Shown piece after piece: positions 63,771-64,000 of a stretch of DNA of 64,000 nt. Origin of the DNA: Chrysomallon squamiferum (taxonomy: Eukaryota; Animalia; Mollusca). Position numbers and translations under genes: made by a program. The stretch's first letter is position 1. Every line of letters starts with the position of its first letter. The stretch is taken from the NCBI GenBank assembly GCA_012295275.1, contig CM022672.1, positions 28,210,001 to 28,274,000 on the forward strand, in the 5' to 3' direction. A model generated the notes under the pieces. It ran no database searches, was not told the origin of the DNA, and worked only from the letters and a program-made list of their open reading frames with translations.

Positions 63771-63771
<1 letters not shown>

Positions 63772-63968
63772 TAACAGCAACAACAACTACTGGCATTTGT
63801 CATCCATGTTACAATTTGTTAATATATTTGTATTATATTTCTATAGAATATATATTTGTTTTAAAACCCCATCGTGCAAGCACAAAAATTCACATTAACG
63901 CTTTAACATTTATTTCTATTTTTAAACCTTTAACTTCAACCAGTTAAAATGTATCCAAACTAAACACG

Positions 63969-63999
<31 letters not shown>

Positions 64000-64000
64000 C

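Overview
AT-rich, intron-rich animal genomic DNA, probably a mollusc (inferred from gene content and repeat types, not proven). Most ORF-track entries are exon fragments or spurious, so I assembled spliced models by hand from GT-AG sites and intron phases. Left to right: (1) an 18-exon minus-strand polycystin-1-like (PKD1L/REJ) gene of ~1174 aa. It has a signal peptide, partial REJ, GAIN/GPS with Y replacing the catalytic H, TM1, PLAT and TM2-5, and it stops before the TOP/channel half. A dead Tc1 element sits in one intron. (2) Head-to-head with it, ATGs ~1.1 kb apart, are two tandem 14-exon paralogues. Each encodes a ~620-aa protein with signal peptide, 4 C-type lectin domains and a GPI-signal-like tail. 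(3) A KIAA1191/p33MONOX-like gene, then HIGD2A and NOP16 as a divergent pair; these three are also neighbours at human 5q35.2. (4) hAT and RTE remnants, MITEs and microsatellites. (5) A THEG/SPMAP2-like repeat protein gene on the minus strand. The best candidate for an undescribed system is the channel-less, lectin-less PKD1-like receptor sharing a short divergent promoter region with GPI-anchored tetra-lectins; this is a hypothesis only.
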